A stretch of DNA of 63,881 bases, filler included, from Octopus bimaculoides (GCF_001194135.2; 5 parts of 5 records of this genome joined end to end with filler, not necessarily neighbours in it); one strand, 5' to 3'; positions 50,178 through 63,040 are shown, counted from the first letter of the whole stretch. Numbers and translations are program-made. The notes: generated from the sequence alone by a model not told the origin.

Positions 50178-50270
50178 TTATTGGTGTCGATTTGTTCGAC
50201 TAAATCCCTTCGAAGCGGTGCTCCATCATGGCCGCAGTCAAACGACTGAAACAAATAAAAGAATAAAAGA
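50178..50270 (+). mobile_element. SINE family A, 3' end
   Basis: gtcgatttgttcgactaaa...ggtgctcca.catggccgcagtcaaa.gactgaaacaa.taaaagaataaaaga. Confidence 0.88.
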
Positions 50271-51277
50271 ACAACACGCGCATTACAAATACAAAATGCT
50301 TGAGAGACAGTAAAAATACATAAGACTTCTCTTAATTCAGCATATGACATTGTTTTATTTGTTTACATTCCAACAGGGGAGCTTTGTCTCTTTGTTTCAA
50401 ACCAGCTTCTTCTTTGCAGTGAGGTATCAAATGATTAAAAACTGTAGAAAATATACATACATACACACATACACACATGCATGGATGCACGCATGCGTGC
50501 ATGAAAATACAGAAAATAGCAAAGAATTCGAAGAAAATAGAAAAAAAAATTGAGTAGAAGCCAAAATACAGGAAACGAACGAAACCAAATAAACATGACG
50601 GGAATGGAAGAAATAAAAAAGAGATAAATGATTGAAAGTAAAGGTAGTCAATAAAAGTTGTGTGTTTGTTCGATAATTTGCTGTTTGGGATATTTTCTAA
50701 TTAAATCAAAAATAACAGATTTAACGTTTCAACAACAAGTCATGTAATCTTAGAATCGAGTAATCTCGACACGGCTCTATAAAACAGACTTAAAAGCGAA
50801 AAGTAACAATGCATCGTTTAATTCCATTGGAAACGCAGTGTTATGTAAAGATCTCGTGTAAGATACTTTAGCAATGTTATAATGTATAGCATTTTGTAAT
50901 GTGACGAAGTTTATTTGCGTAAGGCTCTTAATGGTAACACGGTAACTTCCTTATTAAATGTCGTAAGGAAAAAAAAACCTTTTATTTCTCTCCAGAAGGA
51001 AAACTTAGTATTGAAACATCAATGCCAGATACAAGATTTATTGTTCGAATATNNNNNNNNNNNNNNNNNNNNNNNNNNNNNNNNNNNNNNNNNNNNNNNN
51101 NNNNNNNNNNNNNNNNNNNNNNNNNNNNNNNNNNNNNNNNNNNNNNNNNNNNNNNNNNNNNNNNNNNNNNNNNNNNNNNNNNNNNNNNNNNNNNNNNNNN
51201 NNNNNNNNNNNNNNNNNNNNNNNNNNNNNNNNNNNNNNNNNNNNNNNNNNNNNNNNNNNNNNNNNNNNNNNNNNNNN

Positions 51278-51326
<49 letters not shown>

Positions 51327-51910
51327 TTGTGTTTGTGTGTATGTGTGCATAAGAACCTCTGGTCTGTGTACACACCGCGCAAACTTGCTCATACGTAGAA
51401 GCATTGCTGTAGTTTTAAAATGGCACAGCTTCGCTGTAATGAAACGGGAGGTAACTAACTCAGAAATAACGCCTGGACGGAAGGGAATAACGAAACGAAA
51501 ATGTTCAATCTTTTGAAATGTAACAGGAAATGTTGACTGAGCTGCGTTTATGTAGAGAACACAAACACACATTAATAGCAGCTGATTGAGAATGCTGTCG
51601 ATGCATTAACACTGAGGGAGGAAAAACCTATACAGCAATATAGCAACTGTACCGGTTTACAATATTGCCTAAACATATGAGTGATATAAAATATATAGAA
51701 TAGCATCAATAATCACAGAAAACTGTCAATGATAACCATCGACACAGATTAGTCTATAGGTTATGATCATAGGTTCGGTGAAGTCATTTGTTGTGGCGAG
51801 GGCAAGATATGAACGTTTTGGATCCATGTCCCTCTTTCAGCAATAAATTAGAGAGAAAAAGGCGTTAGCGCTTCCACTGTAAGCAAGTGAAACGTGCATA
51901 ATACACACAT

Positions 51911-51943
<33 letters not shown>

Positions 51944-52799
51944 NNNNNNNNNNNNNNNNNNNNNNNNNNNNNNNNNNNNNNNNNNNNNNNNNNNNNNNNN
52001 NNNNNNNNNNNNNNNNNNNNNNNNNNNNNNNNNNNNNNNNNNNNNNNNNNNNNNNNNNNNNNNNNNNNNNNNNNNNNNNNNNNNNNNNNNNNNNNNNNNN
52101 NNNNNNNNNNNNNNNNNNNNNNNNNNNNNNNNNNNNNNNNNNNNNNNNNNNNNNNNNNNNNNNNNNNNNNNNNNNNNNNNNNNNNNNNNNNNNNNNNNNN
52201 NNNNNNNNNNNNNNNNNNNNNNNNNNNNNNNNNNNNNNNNNNNNNNNNNNNNNNNNNNNNNNNNNNNNNNNNNNNNNNNNNNNNNNNNNNNNNNNNNNNN
52301 NNNNNNNNNNNNNNNNNNNNNNNNNNNNNNNNNNNNNNNNNNNNNNNNNNNNNNNNNNNNNNNNNNNNNNNNNNNNNNNNNNNNNNNNNNNNNNNNNNNN
52401 NNNNNNNNNNNNNNNNNNNNNNNNNNNNNNNNNNNNNNNNNNNNNNNNNNNNNNNNNNNNNNNNNNNNNNNNNNNNNNNNNNNNNNNNNNNNNNNNNNNN
52501 NNNNNNNNNNNNNNNNNNNNNNNNNNNNNNNNNNNNNNNNNNNNNNNNNNNNNNNNNNNNNNNNNNNNNNNNNNNNNNNNNNNNNNNNNNNNNNNNNNNN
52601 NNNNNNNNNNNNNNNNNNNNNNNNNNNNNNNNNNNNNNNNNNNNNNNNNNNNNNNNNNNNNNNNNNNNNNNNNNNNNNNNNNNNNNNNNNNNNNNNNNNN
52701 NNNNNNNNNNNNNNNNNNNNNNNNNNNNNNNNNNNNNNNNNNNNNNNNNNNNTAATACCCCCTTCATGGGAACTTTCCAGGAAGTAATCATCAGATATT

Positions 52800-53454
52800 G
52801 TTTTGAGCTGAGTGGAGGTGCTAGATTCCATTGTTCGAAAATATAAAGACACAGATCGTGTCGTATAGCCAGCTTGAGACGATGTCTCCTAGAGCTAAAT
52901 TACAGCAACATTATTCTTAAACCAGGACTGCCATGTGTTGGCAAACAATCTTTACTACATACATAAATACATTCATATTTGCATATATGTATCCCTGCAT
53001 ACGTACATACATACATGCAAGCATACATGCACAAATACATACAGGCATTATAAAAAGTATACAAAAGGCGTACTGGTGGAATGTCCCAGTGAAAACCTTA
53101 ATAAAATGTAAACACAATAAACCTGACATTGTAATTTGGGATAGAGAATAGAAACTATGTGCAGTTGTGGAAATCAGCTGCCCAGCGGATGTTAACATAT
53201 AGCTGAAGATCATCGAAAGGGAAAATACCTTTGCTGAACTTTTGAGGAATCTACAGCTACCCTATCCTGATTACAAGCTCAGGTTATCTGTAATTATTGG
53301 GTCACTGGGATATGTACTACATTGACTAAATGCTAATCTTGAGAAATTAGGCTTCTCAAAACTAGAAAGGAGAAAGCTGATTCTAAGTCTACAGATCCAA
53401 GCAATCACTGGAACTGTAAAGCTCTGTAAAACTTTCCAGAAGTTTATCTTTTAA
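52800..53454 (+). pseudogene. R4/Dong-like LINE C-terminal RLE domain with three in-frame stops, ending at TAA 53452-53454
   Basis: One frame from 53068: AYWWNVPVKTLIKCKHNKPDIVIWDRE*KLCAVVEISCPADVNI*...VIIGSLGYV...QAITGTVKLCKTFQKFIF*, with a PD..(E)-type RLE motif. Confidence 0.85.
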
Positions 53455-54305
53455 GTATACACGAGCATGTCTAGGTATGCAAGTATATGCGTGAGAAGAC
53501 ATACATAAGACAAAATATACAGATCTGCATGTATACATACGTACATACAAACATACATACATACAAACATACATTTACAAAAAACGTGGAACACTAAAAT
53601 ACCGCTTCTTATCGTATTTATAAAGAATGATAGAATTCCTATAACCTTTTACGAAAGAAAACAGACCGGCATTATTGGAAGATTATTCAGCTTAGCAAAA
53701 GAGAAATTCCATTCAAAGTTTGTAATAACAGGAGAAAAGCGCAGAATTTTTGTATTCTCATATTTCATTTTATTTATATTTGTTTTGCTTATTTTTATTT
53801 ATTTTTAATGCTTGGAATTTCTGATTTCTATAACTCGTGGTTCATATTTCTACATATACTTATCCTTTTCCCTAATTATTTGTCAAAAACTGATGGGGAC
53901 AGGTTCTAATGAAACGAAAGAATCTTCTCAAAATGTGCCGTCATATGACAGCGTCCAAAGCACATGAATCTGTTGTGAATATCAGTGTATAAGCCTTATT
54001 TGGTAAAGAGGTTTTGATATGTATGTATGTATGTATGTATGTATGCATGTATGTATGGCTATGTGTGCATGCGTATGTATATGTGCATGTGTGGTCAATT
54101 TACTGCTGTATAATTTTCGTGAATATTTTAGACATACGCGGTAATATCATTACATAATACTTCGCATTCAGTTTCCGTTATTTCTGGAAGAGCCAATAAT
54201 TTTCCTTTTCCTCCATCTTGCTTTTAAGCTCTCACCTCACATACATATATATATCAATACATACGTACACACACGCACATATGCAAGCACATACACACAC
54301 GCATA

Positions 54306-54344
<39 letters not shown>

Positions 54345-55090
54345 GTGTGTACGTATATATATNNNNNNNNNNNNNNNNNNNNNNNNNNNNNNNNNNNNNN
54401 NNNNNNNNNNNNNNNNNNNNNNNNNNNNNNNNNNNNNNNNNNNNNNNNNNNNNNNNNNNNNNNNNNNNNNNNNNNNNNNNNNNNNNNNNNNNNNNNNNNN
54501 NNNNNNNNNNNNNNNNNNNNNNNNNNNNNNNNNNNNNNNNNNNNNNNNNNNNNNNNNNNNNNNNNNNNNNNNNNNNNNNNNNNNNNNNNNNNNNNNNNNN
54601 NNNNNNNNNNNNNNNNNNNNNNNNNNNNNNNNNNNNNNNNNNNNNNNNNNNNNNNNNNNNNNNNNNNNNNNNNNNNNNNNNNNNNNNNNNNNNNNNNNNN
54701 NNNNNNNNNNNNNNNNNNNNNNNNNNNNNNNNNNNNNNNNNNNNNNNNNNNNNNNNNNNNNNNNNNNNNNNNNNNNNNNNNNNNNNNNNNNNNNNNNNNN
54801 NNNNNNNNNNNNNNNNNNNNNNNNNNNNNNNNNNNNNNNNNNNNNNNNNNNNNNNNNNNNNNNNNNNNNNNNNNNNNNNNNNNNNNNNNNNNNNNNNNNN
54901 NNNNNNNNNNNNNNNNNNNNNNNNNNNNNNNNNNNNNNNNNNNNNNNNNNNNNNNNNNNNNNNNNNNNNNNNNNNNNNNNNNNNNNNNNNTATACATTAT
55001 AAATACATATTTACGTATACGTATACATTTATTCATCCCTGCATATTTATGCTTGTATACATATGAGTATGTGTGTGTGTGTGTGTGTGA

Positions 55091-55130
<40 letters not shown>

Positions 55131-55596
55131 TGTGAACATGTATATGTGTATATGCCTGTAGAAATACTTCGATGCAAAAATAAGGGCCTACACCAGTGTG
55201 TCGGTATGTGCGCATGTATATAGGCACGAATAAATATACGTATGTCAAATTCACGTTCAATTTAGTTTAATTTATTAAGTTTAATTTAGTCATGTCAGCG
55301 CAAATGGGATTCATGTGAGAGCCATAATTAAACTACTACCTGCAATGTTGTGTACCTGATAAATTGAATTATGTTCCATATGTGACAAGATGTTCTAAGT
55401 GACTTTTGTTTTACCTGAATTTTAATATATTTGGTAAAATTGTCATTCAGAAAATGCAAGTCATATTGCATTTATATGAGTGTGTGTGAACTGATTGATT
55501 GATAGCTGTATTACATAATCAAAGGCATATATACACACATCCATATCTATTAAATACATATTACTCATACACTATGCAAATACATGGTATATGTAC

Positions 55597-55628
<32 letters not shown>

Positions 55629-55753
55629 TTTTGTCCCTAATATANNNNNNNNNNNNNNNNNNNNNNNNNNNNNNNNNNNNNNNNNNNNNNNNNNNNNNNN
55701 NNNNNNNNNNNNNNNNNNNNNNNNNNNNNNNNNNNNNNNNNNNNNNNNNNNNN

Positions 55754-55802
<49 letters not shown>

Positions 55803-55834
55803 CATACATATATATATATGTATGTACAAAATCA

Positions 55835-55930
55835 TATGGCTGGGTGGTAGGATGCTTACTTTCCAACCACATGGTACCAGGTTCGAGGCTGCTTCTTGGT
55901 ACCTTGGTCAGGTGTTTTCTACTACAGCCC
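55835..55930 (+). mobile_element. SINE family A head fragment
   Basis: tggctgggtggtaggatgcttactttccaaccacatggtaccaggttcg. Confidence 0.75.
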
Positions 55931-56102
55931 TTGCACACCACTTATATTTTTCAGGAAACTGATAAAGGAAATCTGAAATTGCAAGAATTCGGTTAGGTTT
56001 ACCTAATGTCGTTATTCTTATTGTGATTGAGCCCGGTGATTTAAACCATTTAAAGAATAAAACAATTCATGGACTTGGATTTGTAATCCCATCGTTAAAT
56101 AA

Positions 56103-56310
56103 TGGTTTCTAATTTTGGTACAGATCCAACATTATTAATAGTAGTCTATATAATCGACTCTAGTGCCCGTCTAGTACCTATTTTATCGATCCTTTTGAAT
56201 AAACGTTGAAGCTAACCTTGGCAGAATTTGAACCCAGAAAGTAAAAGCCCAGATGAAGTACCGTTAGGCGTTTTGCCCGACGGTAAAATGATTCTACAAG
56301 CTCGTTGCCT
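56103..56310 (-). mobile_element. SINE family C, diverged full copy
   Basis: Reverse complement match to 30210-30423. Confidence 0.75.
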
Positions 56311-56957
56311 GTCCCTCATTGAATATTATTATGTTGTTACTGAACGAAATACACTGCTTAGTTTTATCATTAAACACGGTTTTATCATAATTCCATTTGA
56401 TATTTTATGCAATTACTTTCGAACCTACGGAGGGGTTATAGATTAAAAAGTAAATATATTAGACGTACGAAGCTAGTCACATTTTCAAGAACTTGGCAAC
56501 GAATTTCATTTGGTTAAAAGAAGGAATATGGTGGCACATGTTCTTGAGCTGCCAAAATATAAATTTCTGTTGATATAAATTGAAAGCTAGCATGATATAT
56601 AGTTTGGCTACAAAAAGGCATCCCTTTTATTTTGCCTATTTTGGGGGGTTTTTTTTTTAATTTCAAAGTTGCGTATATTTAAATTTTTGTTTTATAAACT
56701 GACTGATAAAATCTCATTAGCTATCAAATAATTCAGTTTCATTTCTTTAAGAATTCAAGTCGATAATTTGTTGCGTATATGTACGACGAACTTTAGAAAT
56801 GCTCGTTTTGTACCAAATATATACCCGGAAATATACAAGAATATAGATCGCTGTAAAATGATTTAACTTCACCCGATCAACATAAACTGTGTGTAAACAC
56901 ATAAACTCCATGTGTGTATGTGTGTGTGTGTATGTGTGTGTATGTGTGTGTGTATGT

Positions 56958-56993
<36 letters not shown>

Positions 56994-57608
56994 GAGAGGG
57001 AGAGAAATAGAGTGTGTGTGTGTGCGTGCGTGAATGAAATGCCTCAAGTTTAGATTTGGTACGCTAGTTACTTATGCCAGGCTAACCAATTCTATATAAA
57101 CATACAAAATTACTAATTATATATTTAAATTTCAGATATGCAAATTCAGTGCATAAATTCTTAAAATTTTCCACCGGGTTTTACATACATTAAAAATTCA
57201 GTTATACATGTTTTACCAAGTTTTAACAGAATTACATTCTTCTAGCTTCCAAAAGTAACCAACTGTTTCAATAAAACATAAACAAATATAATTGGAGTTA
57301 ATTCCTTTTCGCTATTTTCTTGTGCGCTCCCCCCGGTTATTTTATTATGTGTGTTGTACTGAAAATCTAAGAACACCCGAAGCGTGCCTAGAGGTTTTAA
57401 ATTGAAAATAAATATCCATAGTTTTAAATCGATTAAAACCATGAAATCTACAAACAAATTATACAGGATGGTTCTAATAAACGGAATTTTATTCAATGGT
57501 GTTTTTTTCTATTGCTGGGTATGTAACAGACTTTGAAAATTCGGCGATATTTCATGTGTAATGTACAGATCTTCTTAGTGTAACACTCAAGACTAATCCA
57601 TTTGGTAG

Positions 57609-57797
57609 CTTTTATCTTTACGGCATTAGATTGCGGCCATGCTGAAGCACTGCCTTCAAGGGTTTCGTCGAACAAATCGACCCCAATATTTTTTCTTTAT
57701 AAGGTCTAGTATTTTATTCTATCGAACGTTTTAGAAGTTTCGAAACCGGTAAGCTACGGTGACGTAAACAAACCAGTATCATTTGTCAAGCGTTGTT
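57609..57797 (-). mobile_element. SINE family A, 3' half
   Basis: Matches 33575-33742. Confidence 0.8.
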
Positions 57798-57822
57798 GGT
57801 TTGCTTATCCCCGTAAATTCCA

Positions 57823-57985
57823 CAGCCGTGTGATATGAAGTTTGCTTCTCAAAAACGTGGTTCCGGTTTCAGTCTCACTACCTGGCACCTTATTGTTTTC
57901 TACTGTAGTCTCGGGCGAATCAAAGCCTTGTGAGTGGATTTGATAGACGGAAACTGAGAATTGAAAGACGCCTATCGTGTGTGTA
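57823..57985 (+). mobile_element. SINE family A, 5' half
   Basis: Matches 8655-8820. Confidence 0.8.
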
Positions 57986-58877
57986 TATATATATNNNNNN
58001 NNNNNNNNNNNNNNNNNNNNNNNNNNNNNNNNNNNNNNNNNNNNNNNNNNNNNNNNNNNNNNNNNNNNNNNNNNNNNNNNNNNNNNNNNNNNNNNNNNNN
58101 NNNNNNNNNNNNNNNNNNNNNNNNNNNNNNNNNNNNNNNNNNNNNNNNNNNNNNNNNNNNNNNNNNNNNNNNNNNNNNNNNNNNNNNNNNNNNNNNNNNN
58201 NNNNNNNNNNNNNNNNNNNNNNNNNNNNNNNNNNNNNNNNNNNNNNNNNNNNNNNNNNNNNNNNNNNNNNNNNNNNNNNNNNNNNNNNNNNNNNNNNNNN
58301 NNNNNNNNNNNNNNNNNNNNNNNNNNNNNNNNNNNNNNNNNNNNNNNNNNNNNNNNNNNNNNNNNNNNNNNNNNNNNNNNNNNNNNNNNNNNNNNNNNNN
58401 NNNNNNNNNNNNNNNNNNNNNNNNNNNNNNNNNNNNNNNNNNNNNNNNNNNNNNNNNNNNNNNNNNNNNNNNNNNNNNNNNNNNNNNNNNNNNNNNNNNN
58501 NNNNNNNNNNNNNNNNNNNNNNNNNNNNNNNNNNNNNNNNNNNNNNNNNNNNNNNNNNNNNNNNNNNNNNNNNNNNNNNNNNNNNNNNNNNNNNNNNNNN
58601 NNNNNNNNNNNNNNNNNNNNNNNNNNNNNNNNNNNNNNNNNNNNNNNNNNNNNNNNNNNNNNNNNNNNNNNNNNNNNNNNNNNNNNNNNNNNNNNNNNNN
58701 NNNNNNNNNNNNNNNNNNNNNNNNNNNNNNNNNNNNNNNNNNNNNNNNNNNNNNNNNNNNNNNNNNNNNNNNNNNNNNNNNNNNNNNNNNNNNNNNNNNN
58801 NNNNNNNNNNNNNNNNNNNNNNNNNNNNNNNNNNNNNNNNNTATATATGTATATATATATGTGTATATGTGTGTGTA

Positions 58878-58926
<49 letters not shown>

Positions 58927-59053
58927 CATACACGTGCACGAACAAGCTTACGCACACACTCGCACTTACAATCGGAAAGGTTCATACAACTTTGTATGTG
59001 TATCTATATATATGGAAAGACAGTTGCACATACAAAGTTGTTATATATATTTG

Positions 59054-59195
59054 TGGTTGTGTGGTAAGTACCTTGCTTACCAACCACATTGTTCCAGGTT
59101 CAGTCCCACTGCGTGGCACCATGGGCAAGTGTCTTCTACTATAGCCTCGGGCTGACTGAATTTGGTAGACAGAAACTGTAAGAAGCTCGTCGTAT
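59054..59195 (+). mobile_element. SINE family A, 5' half
   Basis: ggttgtgtggtaag...ccaggttcagtcccactgcgtggcaccatgggcaagtgtcttctactatagcctcgggc. Confidence 0.88.
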
Positions 59196-59525
59196 ATATA
59201 TATATATGCAGACACACGCAAGCAGACAGACAGCCAAACAGAGAATAGTAGATAGATAGATAGATAGATAGATATAGATTCAAGGCTTGAATATGGTACT
59301 TATGCGAAGGCACCCGAATATCACATCCCAAAAGGATGGGTGATTAAAATCAAACAATAAGCAACACGGATTTCAAAAGTGATTGCAGTACGCACGTTTC
59401 ATGCTACTTCAATTTATTTAAGTAATGTGAGCATTACCTTAAATGCAATATGAAGAGCAATCTTCAGCTGCACGAAAAAATGTAGAAAAAAAGACATATT
59501 ACAAATGTGGCAACATATTAAAACC

Positions 59526-59625
59526 NNNNNNNNNNNNNNNNNNNNNNNNNNNNNNNNNNNNNNNNNNNNTTAATTAATTAANNNNNNNNNNNNNNNNNNN
59601 NNNNNNNNNNNNNNNNNNNNNNNNN
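59526..59625. other. Artificial scaffold-join spacer N44-TTAATTAATTAA-N44
   Basis: Same structure as 24789-24888. Confidence 0.95.
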
Positions 59626-59781
59626 AGGACTTATTGTTTATAAGCCTAGTACTTATTCTATTGGTCTCTTTTTGCTGAATCGCTAAGTTACGGGGATAGA
59701 AACACACTAGCATCGGTTGTCAAGTGATGGCGGGGGGAGGGGGACAAACACAGACACACAAACATATACACACACATACAT
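59626..59781 (-). mobile_element. SINE family A, part of 3' half
   Basis: Matches 33645-33790. Confidence 0.87.
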
Positions 59782-60368
59782 NNNNNNNNNNNNNNNNNNN
59801 NNNNNNNNNNNNNNNNNNNNNNNNNNNNNNNNNNNNNNNNNNNNNNNNNNNNNNNNNNNNNNNNNNNNNNNNNNNNNNNNNNNNNNNNNNNNNNNNNNNN
59901 NNNNNNNNNNNNNNNNNNNNNNNNNNNNNNNNNNNNNNNNNNNNNNNNNNNNNNNNNNNNNNNNNNNNNNNNNNNNNNNNNNNNNNNNNNNNNNNNNNNN
60001 NNNNNNNNNNNNNNNNNNNNNNNNNNNNNNNNNNNNNNNNNNNNNNNNNNNNNNNNNNNNNNNNNNNNNNNNNNNNNNNNNNNNNNNNNNNNNNNNNNNN
60101 NNNNNNNNNNNNNNNNNNNNNNNNNNNNNNNNNNNNNNNNNNNNNNNNNNNNNNNNNNNNNNNNNNNNNNNNNNNNNNNNNNNNNNNNNNNNNNNNNNNN
60201 NNNNNNNNNNNNNNNNNNNNNNNNNNNNNNNNNNNNNNNNNNNNNNNNNNNNNNNNNNNNNNNNNNNNNNNNNNNNNNNNNNNNNNNNNNNNNNNNNNNN
60301 NNNNNNNNNNNNNNNNNNNNNNNNNNNNNNNNNNNNNNNNNNNNNNNNNNNNNNNNNNNNNNNNNNNA

Positions 60369-61490
60369 TGGACAGCTTGATTTTCATCAAGGACTGAATC
60401 AACTGATTTGTACTTCTCAATGACTGTTGGAATCTTATTCATTAATTCATGATAAATTCTTGCTGCTGTCTCATTTTTTGAGCAAGAATTGCCCTTTCAC
60501 ACAACCATTTATGTGGATTATAATTATTACTTAAATCTGGTNNNNNNNNNNCCTTTCACACAACCATTTATGTGGATTATAATTATTACTTAAATCTGGT
60601 AACACCCTGTTCTTCAATTCAGCTGAACAATTCACCATGATAGCAATATGAGCCAAACTGATATCACCATTCCCATCANNNNNNNNNNTCACCATGATAG
60701 CAATATGAGCCAAACTGATATCACCATTCCCATCAAATCGTACTTTCCCATTTCATAATTGGAGGAGCCAGGTTGAAAACTGTTTTGCACATTGGTCCCC
60801 ATGTANNNNNNNNNNGAGCCAGGTTGAAAACTGTTTTGCACATTGGTCCCCATGTAATAAAGCTCACACATTAATATTGAAGAAGAATTTCAGTATTTTA
60901 TTCCATAGGTGTGAAGACTTAATNNNNNNNNNNNNNNNNNNNNNNNNNNNNNNNNNNNNNNNNNNNNNNNNNNNNNNNNNNNNNNNNNNNNNNNNNNNNN
61001 NNNNNNNNNNNNNNNNNNNNNNNNNNNNNNNNNNNNNNNNNNNNNNNNNNNNNNNNNNNNNNNNNNNNNNNNNNNNNNNNNNNNNNNNNNNNNNNNNNNN
61101 NNNNNNNNNNNNNNNNNNNNNNNNNNNNNNNNNNNNNNNNNNNNNNNNNNNNNNNNNNNNNNNNNNNNNNNNNNNNNNNNNNNNNNNNNNNNNNNNNNNN
61201 NNNNNNNNNNTGTCACTTGTGACCAGGTTTAGTGGTAATTTAAAAGCAGAATGAGCTGTTTGTCCTTCTGGGAGAATGGTGGCAGCAAAGCCAGACAATG
61301 GTACAGCAACTGNNNNNNNNNNGAATGGTGGCAGCAAAGCCAGACAATGGTACAGCAACTGCAATTTTTTTCTTTTTGTTGCCTTACTTTGGAGAAAAGC
61401 AATGTTACTAATGTTTTACCTTTGTCACCAGGAGCATCAAGAAATGAAAGTGTTCTGCTTTTTTCTGATGACTGTGGAACGCTGCATGGA
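60369..61490 (-). pseudogene. Helitron RepHel PIF1-type helicase remnant, broken by gaps and frameshifts
   Basis: FLDAPGDKGKT (Walker A), AVAVPLSGFAATILPEGQTAHSAFKLPLNL, KSSHLWNKI, WLCERAILA, KIPTVIEKYKSVDSVLDENQAVH: the motif order of Helitron helicases. Confidence 0.9.
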
Positions 61491-62552
61491 CACACACACA
61501 CACACACACACANNNNNNNNNNNNNNNNNNNNNNNNNNNNNNNNNNNNNNNNNNNNNNNNNNNNNNNNNNNNNNNNNNNNNNNNNNNNNNNNNNNNNNNN
61601 NNNNNNNNNNNNNNNNNNNNNNNNNNNNNNNNNNNNNNNNNNNNNNNNNNNNNNNNNNNNNNNNNNNNNNNNNNNNNNNNNNNNNNNNNNNNNNNNNNNN
61701 NNNNNNNNNNNNNNNNNNNNNNNNNNNNNNNNNNNNNNNNNNNNNNNNNNNNNNNNNNNNNNNNNNNNNNNNNNNNNNNNNNNNNNNNNNNNNNNNNNNN
61801 NNNNNNNNNNNNNNNNNNNNNNNNNNNNNNNNNNNNNNNNNNNNNNNNNNNNNNNNNNNNNNNNNNNNNNNNNNNNNNNNNNNNNNNNNNNNNNNNNNNN
61901 NNNNNNNNNNNNNNNNNNNNNNNNNNNNNNNNNNNNNNNNNNNNNNNNNNNNNNNNNNNNNNNNNNNNNNNNNNNNNNNNNNNNNNNNNNNNNNNNNNNN
62001 NNNNNNNNNNNNNNNNNNNNNNNNNNNNNNNNNNNNNNNNNNNNNNNNNNNNNNNNNNNNNNNNNNNNNNNNNNNNNNNNNNNNNNNNNNNNNNNNNNNN
62101 NNNNNNNNNNNNNNNNNNNNNNNNNNNNNNNNNNNNNNNNNNNNNNNNNNNNNNNNNNNNNNNNNNNNNNNNNNNNNNNNNNNNNNNNNNNNNNNNNNNN
62201 NNNNNNNNNNNNNNNNNNNNNAGAAGTGAATCTAATCTAATAACATTCCAAGGTATGTTAGTAGAGAATTTCATTAAAAAGTATCCATTTTCATGAAAGT
62301 TAAGATGAATCAAAATAGACTCTGGTGAATTTTCAGAAATTCCCCACCCATTCCTAAAACACTTACCCCCAAAATATAATATATTCGAAATGAACATGAT
62401 ATAATACATATTTGTAGAAAATTTTATGAAAAAAATATCCATTTTTCTGACAGTTCTGATCATCAAAATTTGGTTGGGGGACAGAAATCTGTAGTTATGC
62501 CGACAAATTTGACACTTTCCTTCTATGCATGGTTATATATGTATACAGAAAT

Positions 62553-62652
62553 NNNNNNNNNNNNNNNNNNNNNNNNNNNNNNNNNNNNNNNNNNNNTTAA
62601 TTAATTAANNNNNNNNNNNNNNNNNNNNNNNNNNNNNNNNNNNNNNNNNNNN
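62553..62652. other. Artificial scaffold-join spacer N44-TTAATTAATTAA-N44
   Basis: Same structure as 24789-24888. Confidence 0.95.
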
Positions 62653-62829
62653 GAAACGATATTCTACAGTATATATATTTTTTATTATTTTTATAATTTG
62701 TATACATTTATTTTATTATAAATGCAAAACAACACTATAAAGGAATCGACGTAAGATTAAATGATAAACCGCGATAGGTGGACCGCGATAGGTGGACAAC
62801 GATATGGCGTGGGATTACTGTATATAGAT

Positions 62830-63023
62830 CGATAGCCATTTACTACATCCCCTGGATGGTGCCTGTACCACTTATCATGGGATTTAATTTTGTAGTATTT
62901 ACATTTCAGTAGATGTACTTCCCTAATCTGTCAAGTCTTATGAAGAACTCCTTTTCAGGGAGGACTGGGCAGCCAGAAACAACATGATCAGTTACCGCTG
63001 TGAATTTTCCGCAAATTCTGCTT
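62830..63023 (-). pseudogene. Old R4/Dong-like LINE fragment (CCHC finger region)
   Basis: SRICGKFTAVTDHVVSGCPVLPEKEFFIRLDRLGKYIY* then (frameshift) YYKIKSHDKWYRHHP. Confidence 0.75.
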
Positions 63024-63040
63024 ATCATTATTATTATTAT

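Noticed and set aside
56560-57490. AT-rich segments suggestive of DNA-transposon MITEs (also 31790-32100, 62222-62520)
   Set aside because: Could not define paired TIRs, TSDs or second copies within the window.
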